The position numbers and the translations under genes are program-made. From assembly GCA_019322375.1 (NCBI GenBank), contig JAHWIP010000003.1:6792-70791 (forward strand): a stretch of 64,000 bases of DNA, written 5' to 3'. The notes beneath the pieces were generated by a model. It worked only from the letters and a program-made list of their open reading frames with translations. It did no database searches and was not told the DNA's origin. The DNA is from Candidatus Woesearchaeota archaeon (GTDB taxonomy: Archaea; Nanobdellota; Nanobdellia; Woesearchaeales; SM23-78). Shown in pieces: positions 54,265 to 63,704 of the stretch (the first letter of the stretch is position 1; every line of letters starts with the position of its first letter).

Positions 54265-57200
54265 ATGTTTTCCTGGGCTTGTATGGCACAATCATCCATG
54301 TTTATTGGCAAGTTTGAATTTGAAGGGCCAGGCTCACACCTAACCATGACTCTTTGGCAGGGTAACAAGGCTTACCAGTTCTCAACTAATTTCATAGGGG
54401 TTTATCCTAATGACCAGACCAAGCTTAAGAAGAAAAAAACCATTTGGCCTGCAAGCAGGGAAAAAAAGATTTCTCTTGAAAAAATACTTGTGGAACAGGG
54501 CTTGGAAAAATCAGATTCTTTTGATATAAAACAGGGAGAATACGCCTTTGATATAATAGACAAAAGAATTGTGCAGCTTTTTCTGGATAAAAGAGATTAT
54601 GACAAGCTTCCGGAAGAAGCAACCAATGAGCTGATCACCTGCCACACTCAAAGCATGAAATGGGATTTTGGAATCATGCAAAAAGCAGAGATAGAGTCCT
54701 GGTTGTTAAAGATACTAAAGGAAAAGAGCAAGTTAGACCAGGAAATTGATTCCTTGTACAAGGCAATGCTCAGGACCAATAAGAAACAATTAACAGGTTC
54801 ATTAGATGATATAACGAGTTTTATTAAAAAAGATTATCATAAAGATGACTTTGATAAAAAAATTATTCCTTTGCTTTTTGAAAGCATTGGGTACAGATTT
54901 AAACAACAAGAAGATAAAAATTTATTGATTCACCTATTTCAGCAGACCAGGTATTCTTTTAAGCACAAGCATCATTATATTAATGCACAGAAAAAAGTGT
55001 TTGAGCCTTTAGACATAGAGATTGATTACCCTAAATTAACAGACAAGAAAAATGATGCTTATTATAAAAAGATATTAAAAAAGCCTTTTGGCAGAAGATT
55101 TCTTGAAAACAGCAAGCAGGTGCTTGGTGAAAAAGGCATAGATGCAATATTTTCCAAAGATAAGGAGATATACATCCTTAAATCAGAGCAGGAAGAATTG
55201 TTTAATACCTTTAAGAGACTGCTGAGCCATAAAGCAGAGTATCCTGATGTAGAGGACTATGTGGAGAGCATAAAATACCAGCTGGAAGACTTGTTCTGCA
55301 GAGTACAATACTTTAATCTTCACAGCAAGACACGCAAAGACCTTAGGAAGCTGGTTAAGGAAAAACTAGAAGAAATAGGGGGCGAAGAGAGAGACAAAGA
55401 TAATTTGAATTATGATAAAAAGATTTTTGAACGTGCACAAAGACTCAGGCAAAAAAAGCAGGACTTGGAGAGCAGGATTAAGCAGATAAAAAGCTCCAAC
55501 ACCCTGAAGTATGACTTTGACTACCAGAGAACAATGCTCTTTCTTGACATAATGCACAGGCATCCTGAAGTAAAAGGAGATGATAAGCTTAAAAAAAAGC
55601 TTAGAAAAAAGATTTATTTTGAAGGAATAAAACCAAAAGGAATGATTAATGAGCATGAATGGCTTGACCAGACACCCAGTGTTTTCCTGGACATAGAAAA
55701 ATTTCAGTATGGAACACCAGAAGAGGTTATTAATGCAATTATATCTTCTGTAAGAAGAGTAGATGGAGAATACATAGGGCGGATAGATACTGATATTGAT
55801 TCAGGAGAAAAAAATATTCTTGGTTTTCAAATAAAACACCACCATAATAATATGAACCTGATGCTATCCTCTGCTGATTTTATTAATCCAGAAAGATGCT
55901 ATACTTACTTTACCCAGGGCGACTATGATTTTAAGCATTTAAGCAAAACCAGGCTTTTTAGGACTGGCAAGGAAAAAGTGATTGTTCCAAGGCAAAAGGT
56001 GCATGAGGAGTTTATCAGGCGTTATGACATACCAGGCGTATCTATTAACACAGTCACGCTTGCAAAAATAATTTGGCCTCACCTGCTTAATCACAGATTA
56101 GCAACTCTTGTCAACAAATTATATCAAAAAGAAGGAACAGAAAAAGTATTTGAAAAATCATTTGACTATGAAGAATTAAGAGAACAAGCAGGGTTGGCCA
56201 AAAAAGGAGATAAAGAAAAAGCTTATGACATACTATATTATGGAGGGGATGATGTTGATAAACCATTCAAAGCCTGGCTTCATCCAAAAGCCAGATACAT
56301 CTTTAAAGACCTGCTGGAAGTGTGCAACACCTTTGGCATAACACCTGACCAGGCAAGCTCTAATGCTAACACAGCAGCCCATCTTTTTGAAAAAAGATTT
56401 TATGAAAAATCCGGAGGCATACTCTCTCCAGGCATCTTTAGGCAGAAACACCAGGAATTGGCCAAGGAGTTCAGAAACAAATATACTGAGTACAGAACCA
56501 AACATTTGCTAGAGCAAGGCCTGAAAATAGATTTTGAAAGAGGAGTCCAGGACAATGTCAGCCAGCTCTACTTTTCTCCAGAACTGTTCATATGCAAAGT
56601 GCTTTACCCTGATTTTCCAGGAGTAAAAGCCTTTGTTGACAGAACCATGCGCATGAAAAACCCTGAAAGAAAGGTCAGCAGGCTGCAGTATGTAAAACCC
56701 TTTGTGGTAAGCATGCTAACAGATTTATACGGAATTCATAAGATACAAGACGAGATAAAAGTGCTTGAGAAAGAAAAAGCTGAACTTCTTGAGGAAATAA
56801 GAGGAATGCCTGAAAGCCAGGAAAAACAGTCGGAAAAAGAACAAAAAATAAAGGCTTTTGGAGGGAAATGGGAAAAAATCATTGACAAATTAATAAGCAT
56901 GAATAATAAGAAGTATTTCTTTGGACAACTATTCGGAGTTAAATGCGAAAAAGTAGAGGAAAGAGTACAGCAGGCATACAAAACAATAGCAGATGTAATC
57001 AATGAGAATGATATTCATCCCTTGCAAATAAAAGGCAACTTTATCTATGCAAAAGAAAATCTTCCTGACAAGGTGCTGAGAAAAGCAGGCTTGTTCAGGA
57101 TGAGGAATATGCGAATATTTAATATGCAGAAAAATGAACTCACTTTTCATGCAGAAGACCAGTACGCAGGCTACCCGCCCAGGCTTGACCGCCCGGGTTT

Positions 57201-57738
57201 TCATTACAGCATGTTCCAGACAAGAATAATCAAAGAAGCCCTGGACAGGCTTTTGCAAAAAAAAGAAGACTATCTTGGAGTCCTTAATATTATAAACACA
57301 AGCTCAACCAAATTATCTGCAGACCTGCCAACAGCCCTTGTTAATCCTAAATTAGAAAAAAACCAGGCATTTATACAGGACTTGTTAAAATACAATAGAA
57401 CCAAGAACCGCTATGTGGGCAATGATGAAAAAGGAAAAAGAGAATTTACAGAGCACAACAAAAAATTCTACAGGCCAGATCCCAAGTACTTTATGAGAAA
57501 GTTCTATGGAAAAACAAGCAAAGACATAGATGTTCATGCTCCTATAGCCAAGCTCTTTGGAGGAATAATAAACCTGGGAGAAGACAATTCCAGTGATACA
57601 AAAAAAGAATTTTGGCGTCAAAGACAGATGTACAGGCAGCTAATATCTGAGACTATGCTGAGCAGGCAGGAATTAAAGCAGATTTTAAACCAAGAGCTTG
57701 CAGTGCATGAACCAGGCGGACAGTTTATTATTATGTAA
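54265..57738 (+). CDS. Divergent family-B DNA polymerase-like protein (exonuclease motifs present, polymerase motif C not recognisable)
   Basis: Exo I VFLDIEKF, Exo II YFTQGDYDFKHL, Exo III YDILYYGGDDVDK, motif-A-like VQDNVSQLYFSPE. Where YGDTDS is expected I read IKGNFIYAKE, and where KKRYAG is expected I read EDQYAGY. Start codon uncertain. Confidence 0.45.
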   Translation: MFSWACMAQSSMFIGKFEFEGPGSHLTMTLWQGNKAYQFSTNFIGVYPNDQTKLKKKKTIWPASREKKISLEKILVEQGLEKSDSFDIKQGEYAFDIIDKRIVQLFLDKRDYDKLPEEATNELITCHTQSMKWDFGIMQKAEIESWLLKILKEKSKLDQEIDSLYKAMLRTNKKQLTGSLDDITSFIKKDYHKDDFDKKIIPLLFESIGYRFKQQEDKNLLIHLFQQTRYSFKHKHHYINAQKKVFEPLDIEIDYPKLTDKKNDAYYKKILKKPFGRRFLENSKQVLGEKGIDAIFSKDKEIYILKSEQEELFNTFKRLLSHKAEYPDVEDYVESIKYQLEDLFCRVQYFNLHSKTRKDLRKLVKEKLEEIGGEERDKDNLNYDKKIFERAQRLRQKKQDLESRIKQIKSSNTLKYDFDYQRTMLFLDIMHRHPEVKGDDKLKKKLRKKIYFEGIKPKGMINEHEWLDQTPSVFLDIEKFQYGTPEEVINAIISSVRRVDGEYIGRIDTDIDSGEKNILGFQIKHHHNNMNLMLSSADFINPERCYTYFTQGDYDFKHLSKTRLFRTGKEKVIVPRQKVHEEFIRRYDIPGVSINTVTLAKIIWPHLLNHRLATLVNKLYQKEGTEKVFEKSFDYEELREQAGLAKKGDKEKAYDILYYGGDDVDKPFKAWLHPKARYIFKDLLEVCNTFGITPDQASSNANTAAHLFEKRFYEKSGGILSPGIFRQKHQELAKEFRNKYTEYRTKHLLEQGLKIDFERGVQDNVSQLYFSPELFICKVLYPDFPGVKAFVDRTMRMKNPERKVSRLQYVKPFVVSMLTDLYGIHKIQDEIKVLEKEKAELLEEIRGMPESQEKQSEKEQKIKAFGGKWEKIIDKLISMNNKKYFFGQLFGVKCEKVEERVQQAYKTIADVINENDIHPLQIKGNFIYAKENLPDKVLRKAGLFRMRNMRIFNMQKNELTFHAEDQYAGYPPRLDRPGFHYSMFQTRIIKEALDRLLQKKEDYLGVLNIINTSSTKLSADLPTALVNPKLEKNQAFIQDLLKYNRTKNRYVGNDEKGKREFTEHNKKFYRPDPKYFMRKFYGKTSKDIDVHAPIAKLFGGIINLGEDNSSDTKKEFWRQRQMYRQLISETMLSRQELKQILNQELAVHEPGGQFIIM

Positions 57739-57767
57739 AAGAAATAAAAATAATAACCCAGAAATTT

Positions 57768-58808
57768 TTATGTAAACATCATGCTAAGCATATAAATCTT
57801 GTTAAGAATCTCAACCTTGTTAAGAACAATGGTTTCTACTAATGCGCCGATAATGAATATAATAATCGCTATTATGAACAAGGTGTAATTATTAGCAAAC
57901 ACTTTTTTCAGTCTTTTCTGCTGAAACAAGTTTCCAATAAAATGAATCATGCTGGTAATTACTATAACACAGATTAAGCTGAAGATTAAAGGGCTTGTTA
58001 TTCCAAATCCATACCCAAGGATTAGTTTTAAAAACACAATCAGGGCAAAGCCGCAGATAAGATAAAAAATAAAATTTCTAATATCCTTTCTCTCCTTAAT
58101 AATCTCATCAGATATAATGCCCCCAGAAATAGCAGCCAATATATAGGCTCCGCCTTCAAGTATTAAATGAGGCAGGGTAATGATAAATATCAAGAATAAG
58201 TACCCCCAAGGGCTGACACCAGCAGCACTGCCAGCTGCAAAAGCCCTGTACCCAAACAAAGCACCCCAGCTGCTGGCATTCCAGGTTATAAAAAAGATAG
58301 CTCCGTCACCAGCAACAATAGCCAGTAAAAAGCAGGCAAGCAAAACCCACCAGTTATTAGCCAGGATGCTCACAAAAGTGTCGAAAATATAAGCCCTTCC
58401 CCTAAGAGCAGGGTCAACAAACAACTGCTCCTTAAAGATGTTAAAAGTGTTGACTCCGAGCTGAGGAAGGATAAAGGAATAAAAAGTATAAGTCAGATAA
58501 ATGCCAAAGAAAATAGCAAAATAAACCCTTATAGCCTGGTTGTTCTTAAAAAAATGCTTAACAGAAGCAAAATTCTTTAAAGAAAGCCTTTTCTCAGTCT
58601 CCTCTTCTTTTTCCTCCTTCTTAAACATTTTCTGCAGATAAGGAAGAATAAGCAGAGAAGTAAAAATAACACTAACAATGCCAGAATTAGCCCCAAACAA
58701 CAACCTGGCAGCAATAATCCCAACAGTAGAATAGATAACAGCAATAAGAAAAGCATAACCAACCCTTTTCTCAAGCCAGTTCTCAGGGAATAAGTGTTCT
58801 AGGACCAT
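57768..58808 (-). CDS. Polytopic membrane protein, SpoIIM/DUF95-like
   Basis: Eight or so hydrophobic helices. LPHLILEGGAYILAAISGG resembles the SpoIIM HG..E motif region. Confidence 0.4.
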   Translation of the reverse strand: MVLEHLFPENWLEKRVGYAFLIAVIYSTVGIIAARLLFGANSGIVSVIFTSLLILPYLQKMFKKEEKEEETEKRLSLKNFASVKHFFKNNQAIRVYFAIFFGIYLTYTFYSFILPQLGVNTFNIFKEQLFVDPALRGRAYIFDTFVSILANNWWVLLACFLLAIVAGDGAIFFITWNASSWGALFGYRAFAAGSAAGVSPWGYLFLIFIITLPHLILEGGAYILAAISGGIISDEIIKERKDIRNFIFYLICGFALIVFLKLILGYGFGITSPLIFSLICVIVITSMIHFIGNLFQQKRLKKVFANNYTLFIIAIIIFIIGALVETIVLNKVEILNKIYMLSMMFT

Positions 58809-58922
58809 AAAATAATTTTTTGATTATGTTATATAAAAAGTTTTAGGTTGGTGAGGTTCAGGTTGGGGAAAGAAATAATAAAAAATTTTGTTGGCATTGG
58901 GGGGTGTTTCTCTAGAAAAATC

Positions 58923-61412
58923 TTACTTTTCAAAGATTAGATTGCAGTTTGATTCTACAATTAAAGCAGCAGCTTTTTGCAGAGAGCTAATCCTGTTCTG
59001 GTTGGCATCAAGTATTACTCCTTCTGAAGAGCTAAGCAGATTTCGTATTTCATTATAATTAATCATATTAATATTAGCCAATCTTTGTAGCTGTGCCAAA
59101 TTGTTTATTATAATCATCCTTCCACAATCTCCCTCAAATCTTATATTGTAGGTGCTGAATGGAGATGACACAAGGTTAATCATTCCACTGAAAAGAGGGA
59201 CTGCTCTCTGGTTTTCTGTTCCCATTAGAGAAGCTGATACATCAAAAGCACTAGCAGCCATGTAAGAAGGATGATTATTACCATAACTCACAAGAGGATC
59301 TCCTATCAACTCCATTTGAGAGGGTATGTTTGGGTTAATTTCTCCGTAAGGCCAGGCTATAGTAATGAAATAATCTCTTGAATCCTGGAGTGCAAATCTT
59401 ATCACATCTCCTATCTTATGTCCTTGATTAAAGTAAGGCATAATCCAACTAGCCCAACCGGATCCTGTTCCTAAAAGATCCACGCTGCCATATACATTTG
59501 TTGATAATGATCTAAGAGTGCTGTCAAGATTATTATCATAATTAACATGTTTGATTGTGCTGCATGCATGCAAGTACCATAAAGATGGCTTATGAGGTCT
59601 CCTGCTCAGAATTGAATCTGCATTAACATGGGGTTCAGTTGCACTTAAATAATTTGGACCTCCATGGCCCTTGAGTATTACAAATTCACTATTTTTTGCC
59701 AAATCAAGAATTAAATCCAACGGAGGATTATTAATCAAACTGTTGGTGTCAGTTGGATCTCCATAAGAATCAACCTTGCTTGCACCATACATTTTATTGA
59801 GGTTTTCTATAATTGATTTTGAATCCCAACACCTATATCCTATTGAGCAATTCGCAGTCCAAGTTATGTCCCAGTCAGAAGAAAAAACAGCTTTCTTACT
59901 TATTTGTATAAGATTGTTTTCTTTTAGCCAGCCAAGATTTAATAGTATTGAAGCACTGGTTAAATCATAACCTGTTATTCTTCCAACACCCATGTCAGGA
60001 ATAAAATATTTATCTTGGTCTCCAATATCACTAGAGCTCCAAGCACTGTTTCTATCAGCATACAAAATATCAGCACTGAATTGCTGTAAGAAAGGGTTGT
60101 CACTCATATTTATGATTTCAATCGGCATCCTGTAAGTATATGGAATTTTAAGTCTGTCAGCAACTATGGTCATGTACTTGAATTCCTGGTTATTATTGTA
60201 AGGTCTTAACAAGTTAAGTTGTCTATCAATATCATTATCAAAGCTGAAAGTACTGCCTGCTGCATCACCCTCTACAGATATCAAAGCAGTATTTCGGTAT
60301 AATACATAGAGAACTCCAAGTTTTGAGTAATCTGAAGTTACTTTAGGAATAACAGTAACAATCTTTTCACTGGAAATACCTTGGTTTAGTTTTATTTCTG
60401 CATTCCTAATATCAGGAACTTGCTCTATGTTGCTGGAATAAGAGTAAAGATATCTTCTTGTATAATCATTGTTACCAAAATAAATTATTTTTCTTGAAGG
60501 TATTTTTTCAATATATCTACTAACATCCAGCACAGAGTCCAGAAACAAACCATTGTTTTTACCAGCCCAAGCAGACGCATAAGGCTTTAACTCTTCATTG
60601 TCTGAGAAGGAGATTAGTCGAAATGGGGATACTAGCATTTCATTAACTGTAGATTTCTGATATTCAATGCCTTCATTTGTTAGATAACGTTCAATATTAT
60701 TGAAATTTTCATTATCTTCATAAACAATTTTTACCAAGACATCTTTTGTAAGGGCTTTTAAGAACAGTATTATCTCGTATTCCCGACCTTCAGTATATAT
60801 TATCACAGGAACCTTATCATTATTAACAGCAAGAGGAGCGATTTTTAGCAAGGTATCTGTGTTTTTTACTATGAACACGTATGATAAAGTGTCACAATCC
60901 TCATCTATTTGTCCATCACAGTCATTATCCTTTCCATCACACACTTCAGGAACACAAGCAGATATACATTGGTTGTTTTGGCATGTTTGGCTGCTTTGGC
61001 ATGTTCCGCAACTTCCTCCGCAGCCGTCGTTACCGCATTCTTTGTCAGCACAGTTAGGGGTGCAAGCAGATACACACTGGCCATTCTGGCAGCCATTTTC
61101 ACAGCTATAAGATGTACTTCTAATCCTATTTCTTCTACAATAATACTCTGTAAGATCCTTACTGCCAGTGCACCCATCAGTTTTAGTCGTAGAACCTGCT
61201 CTGGTAGTTCCTCTCTCATAATAATCCCTGCCCCCATCAGAATCAGTGCATGTTGTTCTACCCCCTCTCCTGGCTTCACCAATAATATTGCCTTGTTCAT
61301 CAACCAATAGAACTGTTGCATTAGCAGCCATCATAAAGCCAATTAATGCTACCAGGGCTACCATCAGCACCAGGCCAATCATTGCACGATTAGGATTAAT
61401 GGTTTTTTTCAA
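58923..61412 (-). CDS. Secreted/anchored Cys-rich protein with a clan-CD (gingipain C25-like) cysteine peptidase-like C-terminal region
   Basis: Signal anchor AMIGLVLMVALVALIGFMMAANA. Cys-rich modules include CDGKDNDCDGQIDEDCD (MopE-like metal-binding motif). H-G ... C dyad candidates VILKGHGGPNY and LWYLHACST lie ~35 aa apart. Confidence 0.45.
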   Translation of the reverse strand: MKKTINPNRAMIGLVLMVALVALIGFMMAANATVLLVDEQGNIIGEARRGGRTTCTDSDGGRDYYERGTTRAGSTTKTDGCTGSKDLTEYYCRRNRIRSTSYSCENGCQNGQCVSACTPNCADKECGNDGCGGSCGTCQSSQTCQNNQCISACVPEVCDGKDNDCDGQIDEDCDTLSYVFIVKNTDTLLKIAPLAVNNDKVPVIIYTEGREYEIILFLKALTKDVLVKIVYEDNENFNNIERYLTNEGIEYQKSTVNEMLVSPFRLISFSDNEELKPYASAWAGKNNGLFLDSVLDVSRYIEKIPSRKIIYFGNNDYTRRYLYSYSSNIEQVPDIRNAEIKLNQGISSEKIVTVIPKVTSDYSKLGVLYVLYRNTALISVEGDAAGSTFSFDNDIDRQLNLLRPYNNNQEFKYMTIVADRLKIPYTYRMPIEIINMSDNPFLQQFSADILYADRNSAWSSSDIGDQDKYFIPDMGVGRITGYDLTSASILLNLGWLKENNLIQISKKAVFSSDWDITWTANCSIGYRCWDSKSIIENLNKMYGASKVDSYGDPTDTNSLINNPPLDLILDLAKNSEFVILKGHGGPNYLSATEPHVNADSILSRRPHKPSLWYLHACSTIKHVNYDNNLDSTLRSLSTNVYGSVDLLGTGSGWASWIMPYFNQGHKIGDVIRFALQDSRDYFITIAWPYGEINPNIPSQMELIGDPLVSYGNNHPSYMAASAFDVSASLMGTENQRAVPLFSGMINLVSSPFSTYNIRFEGDCGRMIIINNLAQLQRLANINMINYNEIRNLLSSSEGVILDANQNRISSLQKAAALIVESNCNLIFEK

Positions 61413-61579
61413 TTTCTTTTTTTCTCGCGAACATAGTGAGCGAGCAAATAATTATTTTTAACTTAATTTTTAATTCAATTCTTGTTTTAATCTTATAAAA
61501 ATTTTCCGAAAATCTGCACTGGACACACTGGACATGGGGACGTAGGATATATAAAGGACTCTGGCTTCTCTATATGTAA

Positions 61580-61724
61580 GGTAAGCACGTAATTCTTACC
61601 TTTTCTTTCCTTTTTTGGAAAGAAAACCTCCGGCTCTCCGGCGCCTTGACAGCGCCTAAATAAGAGAGCTATGAAACAGGCAAATCTTTGATTTGACGGT
61701 TCAAAGAAAGTTTGTTTCTTTGAA
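61580..61724 (+). promoter_or_regulatory. Series of four perfect stem-loops in the leader/promoter region upstream of the small-gene/radA pair
   Basis: GGTAAG-n9-CTTACC (61580-61600), CTTTCC-n6-GGAAAG (61605-61622), GGCGC-n7-GCGCC (61640-61656), TTCAAAGAAA-n5-TTTCTTTGAA (61700-61724). A TATA-like atatataaagg lies at about 61548. Confidence 0.3.
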
Positions 61725-61756
61725 ATAAAATGCGATAAGCAAAGGAGGCGGTGAAT

Positions 61757-62029
61757 ATGGAAAAAAAGACAGCATCAGGCAACTTGCCTGTAAAGAAATT
61801 TAAGGCAGGAGCTATTTCTGCAACAATTTGGGAAAACCAAGCCCAGAATAAACAAGGAGAGGAAGTAACCTATAACAGTGTCAGCTTTGACAGGACTTAT
61901 AAGGATGCTAATGGTGAATGGCAAAAGACTAATTCTTTAAGAACATCTGATTTGCCCAAAGCAGCCCTTGTTCTTAACAAAGCTTACGAGTTTCTGGCCC
62001 TTAACAGGCCAGAAGCTGCTGAGGCTTAA
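61757..62029 (+). CDS. Small conserved-looking hypothetical protein, possibly an ssDNA-binding (PC4-like) fold
   Basis: GGAGG lies 8 nt upstream of ATG 61757. KKFKAGAISATIWENQ ... TYNSVSFDRTYKDANGEWQKTNSLRTSDLPKAALVLNKAYEFL. Sits 18 nt upstream of radA. The fold suggestion is speculative. Confidence 0.4.
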   Translation: MEKKTASGNLPVKKFKAGAISATIWENQAQNKQGEEVTYNSVSFDRTYKDANGEWQKTNSLRTSDLPKAALVLNKAYEFLALNRPEAAEA

Positions 62030-62046
62030 TAATTGAGGTGATATTC

Positions 62047-63063
62047 ATGCAGAAGTTACAATCTGTTAAAAAAGTGGAAAGATTTAAAATGAAAAAAGAA
62101 GTTCCAAGGTTAATGCCTTCTAAAAAGCGAGAAAAAGAGACTGAAATCCAGGATTTGCCTGGCATAGGAGCAGCAACAGCTGAAAAATTAAAACTATCTG
62201 GTTTTGACAGCCTTATGAGTATAGCAGTGGCTACTCCTGGAGAAATAATAAATGTTGCAGGAGTAACAGAGGCAACTGCTAGAAAAGTTATTAAGTCTGC
62301 CAGGGACAGCCTGGACATGGGTTTTCAGTCAGGTATTGATTTAATGAAGAAAAGAGAGGGTGTTCAAAAGATTAGTACTGGAAGTAAGAATTTTGATACT
62401 TTGTTAGCTGGAGGCATGGAAACAGGTGCTATTACAGAATGTTTTGGTCCTTATGGCAGTGGTAAGACCCAGATAGGGCATGTTCTTGCTGTTCAAACTG
62501 TTGCTAATGACCCTGATGCAGTAGCGGTTTATATTGACACAGAAAACACTTTCAGGCCTAATAGGATTAAGCAGTTTGCAGAGGCTCTTGGTTTAAAACC
62601 AGAAAATGTTCTTAAAAATATTAAGGTTGCAAGGGCTTTTAACTCAGACCATCAAATGCTTCTTGTTGAAAAAGCAGAAGAACTGCTAAAACAAGGATTA
62701 AAAGTTAAATTAGTAGTTGTTGACTCATTAACAGCTCATTTTAGAGCAGAGTTTGTTGGCAGAGGAACTCTTGCTGAAAGGCAGCAAAAGCTTAACAAGC
62801 ACATGCACGCCCTTTCAAAGCTTGCAGACGTGCACAATCTTGCTGTTTATGTGACTAACCAAGTAATGGCAAAGCCAGACATGTTCTTTGGAGACCCAAC
62901 AGAAGCAATAGGAGGACATATAGTAGCTCATAACAGCACATACAGGATTTACCTGAGAAGAGGCAGAAAAGGAACAAGAGTAGGCAAGCTGGTAGATGCT
63001 CCTGACTTGGCAGATGATGAGTGTATATTTAAGATTACTGAGAAAGGCATTGAGGATGCATAA
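62047..63063 (+). CDS. radA: DNA repair and recombination protein RadA
   Basis: HhH N-domain IQDLPGIGAATAEKLKLSGF. Walker A GPYGSGKTQ, Walker B KLVVVDSL. GAGGTGA lies 5 nt upstream of ATG 62047; a later ATG at 62089 is also possible. Confidence 0.9.
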   Translation: MQKLQSVKKVERFKMKKEVPRLMPSKKREKETEIQDLPGIGAATAEKLKLSGFDSLMSIAVATPGEIINVAGVTEATARKVIKSARDSLDMGFQSGIDLMKKREGVQKISTGSKNFDTLLAGGMETGAITECFGPYGSGKTQIGHVLAVQTVANDPDAVAVYIDTENTFRPNRIKQFAEALGLKPENVLKNIKVARAFNSDHQMLLVEKAEELLKQGLKVKLVVVDSLTAHFRAEFVGRGTLAERQQKLNKHMHALSKLADVHNLAVYVTNQVMAKPDMFFGDPTEAIGGHIVAHNSTYRIYLRRGRKGTRVGKLVDAPDLADDECIFKITEKGIEDA

Positions 63064-63145
63064 ATTTTTTTCTTCTCTTTTTTTAAATAACTTTATAAAT
63101 AATCAAAAGTTCTATTGTATTAAATACATAAGGAGGGTTAGATAA

Positions 63146-63658
63146 ATGTTTGGAAGAAGACGTTTTGCCCCTGTTAGGGAGGGCGATGAGTTGGATGTAA
63201 AGATAGAGGCTGTTGGTGAGAAAGGCGATGGCATTGCTAAAAAGCAAGGCTTTGTTTTGTTTGTGCCTAACACCAAGGAAGGCGATGAGGTGAGAGTTAA
63301 GGTTACCCGTGTTCTTAGGAATGCTGGGTTTGCAGAGGTTATTGGTGGTGCAAAAGCTACTCCTGTTGAAGAGAAGCCAGCTGAGGAAGAAAAAGCAGAG
63401 GAAGAAGTTGCAGTGCTTGAAAAAGAATCTGAAGAAATGGACTCAGAGTCTTTTGGTGAAGAAACTCCGGAAGAGCCTGTTAAGGAAGAGCCAGTGGTAG
63501 AAGAAGAGCCTATAGAGGAACCAGCAGAAGAACCTGTGGTAGAAGAAGAGCCTGTAGTTGAAGAAGAGCCTATAGCAGAACCTGAAGCAGAGGAAATAGC
63601 AGAGAAACCAGAGCCGCCTGAAGAAGAGAAACCTAAAAAAAAGGGGAAAAAGAAGTAA
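63146..63658 (+). CDS. TRAM-domain protein with a repetitive acidic tail
   Basis: EGDELDVKIEAVGEKGDGIAKKQGFVLFVPNTKEGDEVRVKVTRVLRNAGFAEVI is a TRAM fold pattern. The tail repeats EEPVVEEEPIEEPAEEP. Confidence 0.7.
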   Translation: MFGRRRFAPVREGDELDVKIEAVGEKGDGIAKKQGFVLFVPNTKEGDEVRVKVTRVLRNAGFAEVIGGAKATPVEEKPAEEEKAEEEVAVLEKESEEMDSESFGEETPEEPVKEEPVVEEEPIEEPAEEPVVEEEPVVEEEPIAEPEAEEIAEKPEPPEEEKPKKKGKKK

Positions 63659-63704
63659 CTCAATAAAAAGTTTTTAATATTATTCTTTTTTTCTATTATT
63701 TCTT

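Noticed and set aside
60905-61321. Two overlapping ORFs (60905-61321 minus strand in an alternative frame, and 60909-61310 plus strand) within the Cys-rich region of the 829-aa gene
   Set aside because: They are alternative-frame and antisense readings of the TGC/TGT-rich segment. The 829-aa frame gives coherent Cys-module motifs (CDGKDNDCDGQIDEDCD).
61640-61656. Anticodon-arm-like hairpin (GGCGC-cttgaca-GCGCC) as part of a tRNA
   Set aside because: No D-arm, T-arm (GTTCRAATC-like) or acceptor pairing occurs in the flanks, and position 37 of the loop would be a pyrimidine.
63480-63600. Short tandem DNA repeats (gaagagcct... units) that could be mistaken for a repeat array or CRISPR
   Set aside because: They lie inside a continuous ORF and encode the EEPVVEEEP acidic repeat. 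They are not separated by spacers and show no CRISPR-like periodicity.
63112-63663. 183-aa Ser/Gly/Thr-rich ORF on the minus strand
   Set aside because: It is the antisense shadow of the TRAM-domain gene's acidic GAA/GAG-rich repeat. The plus-strand gene has a recognisable domain and a Shine-Dalgarno-like motif, while the minus-strand ORF has neither.
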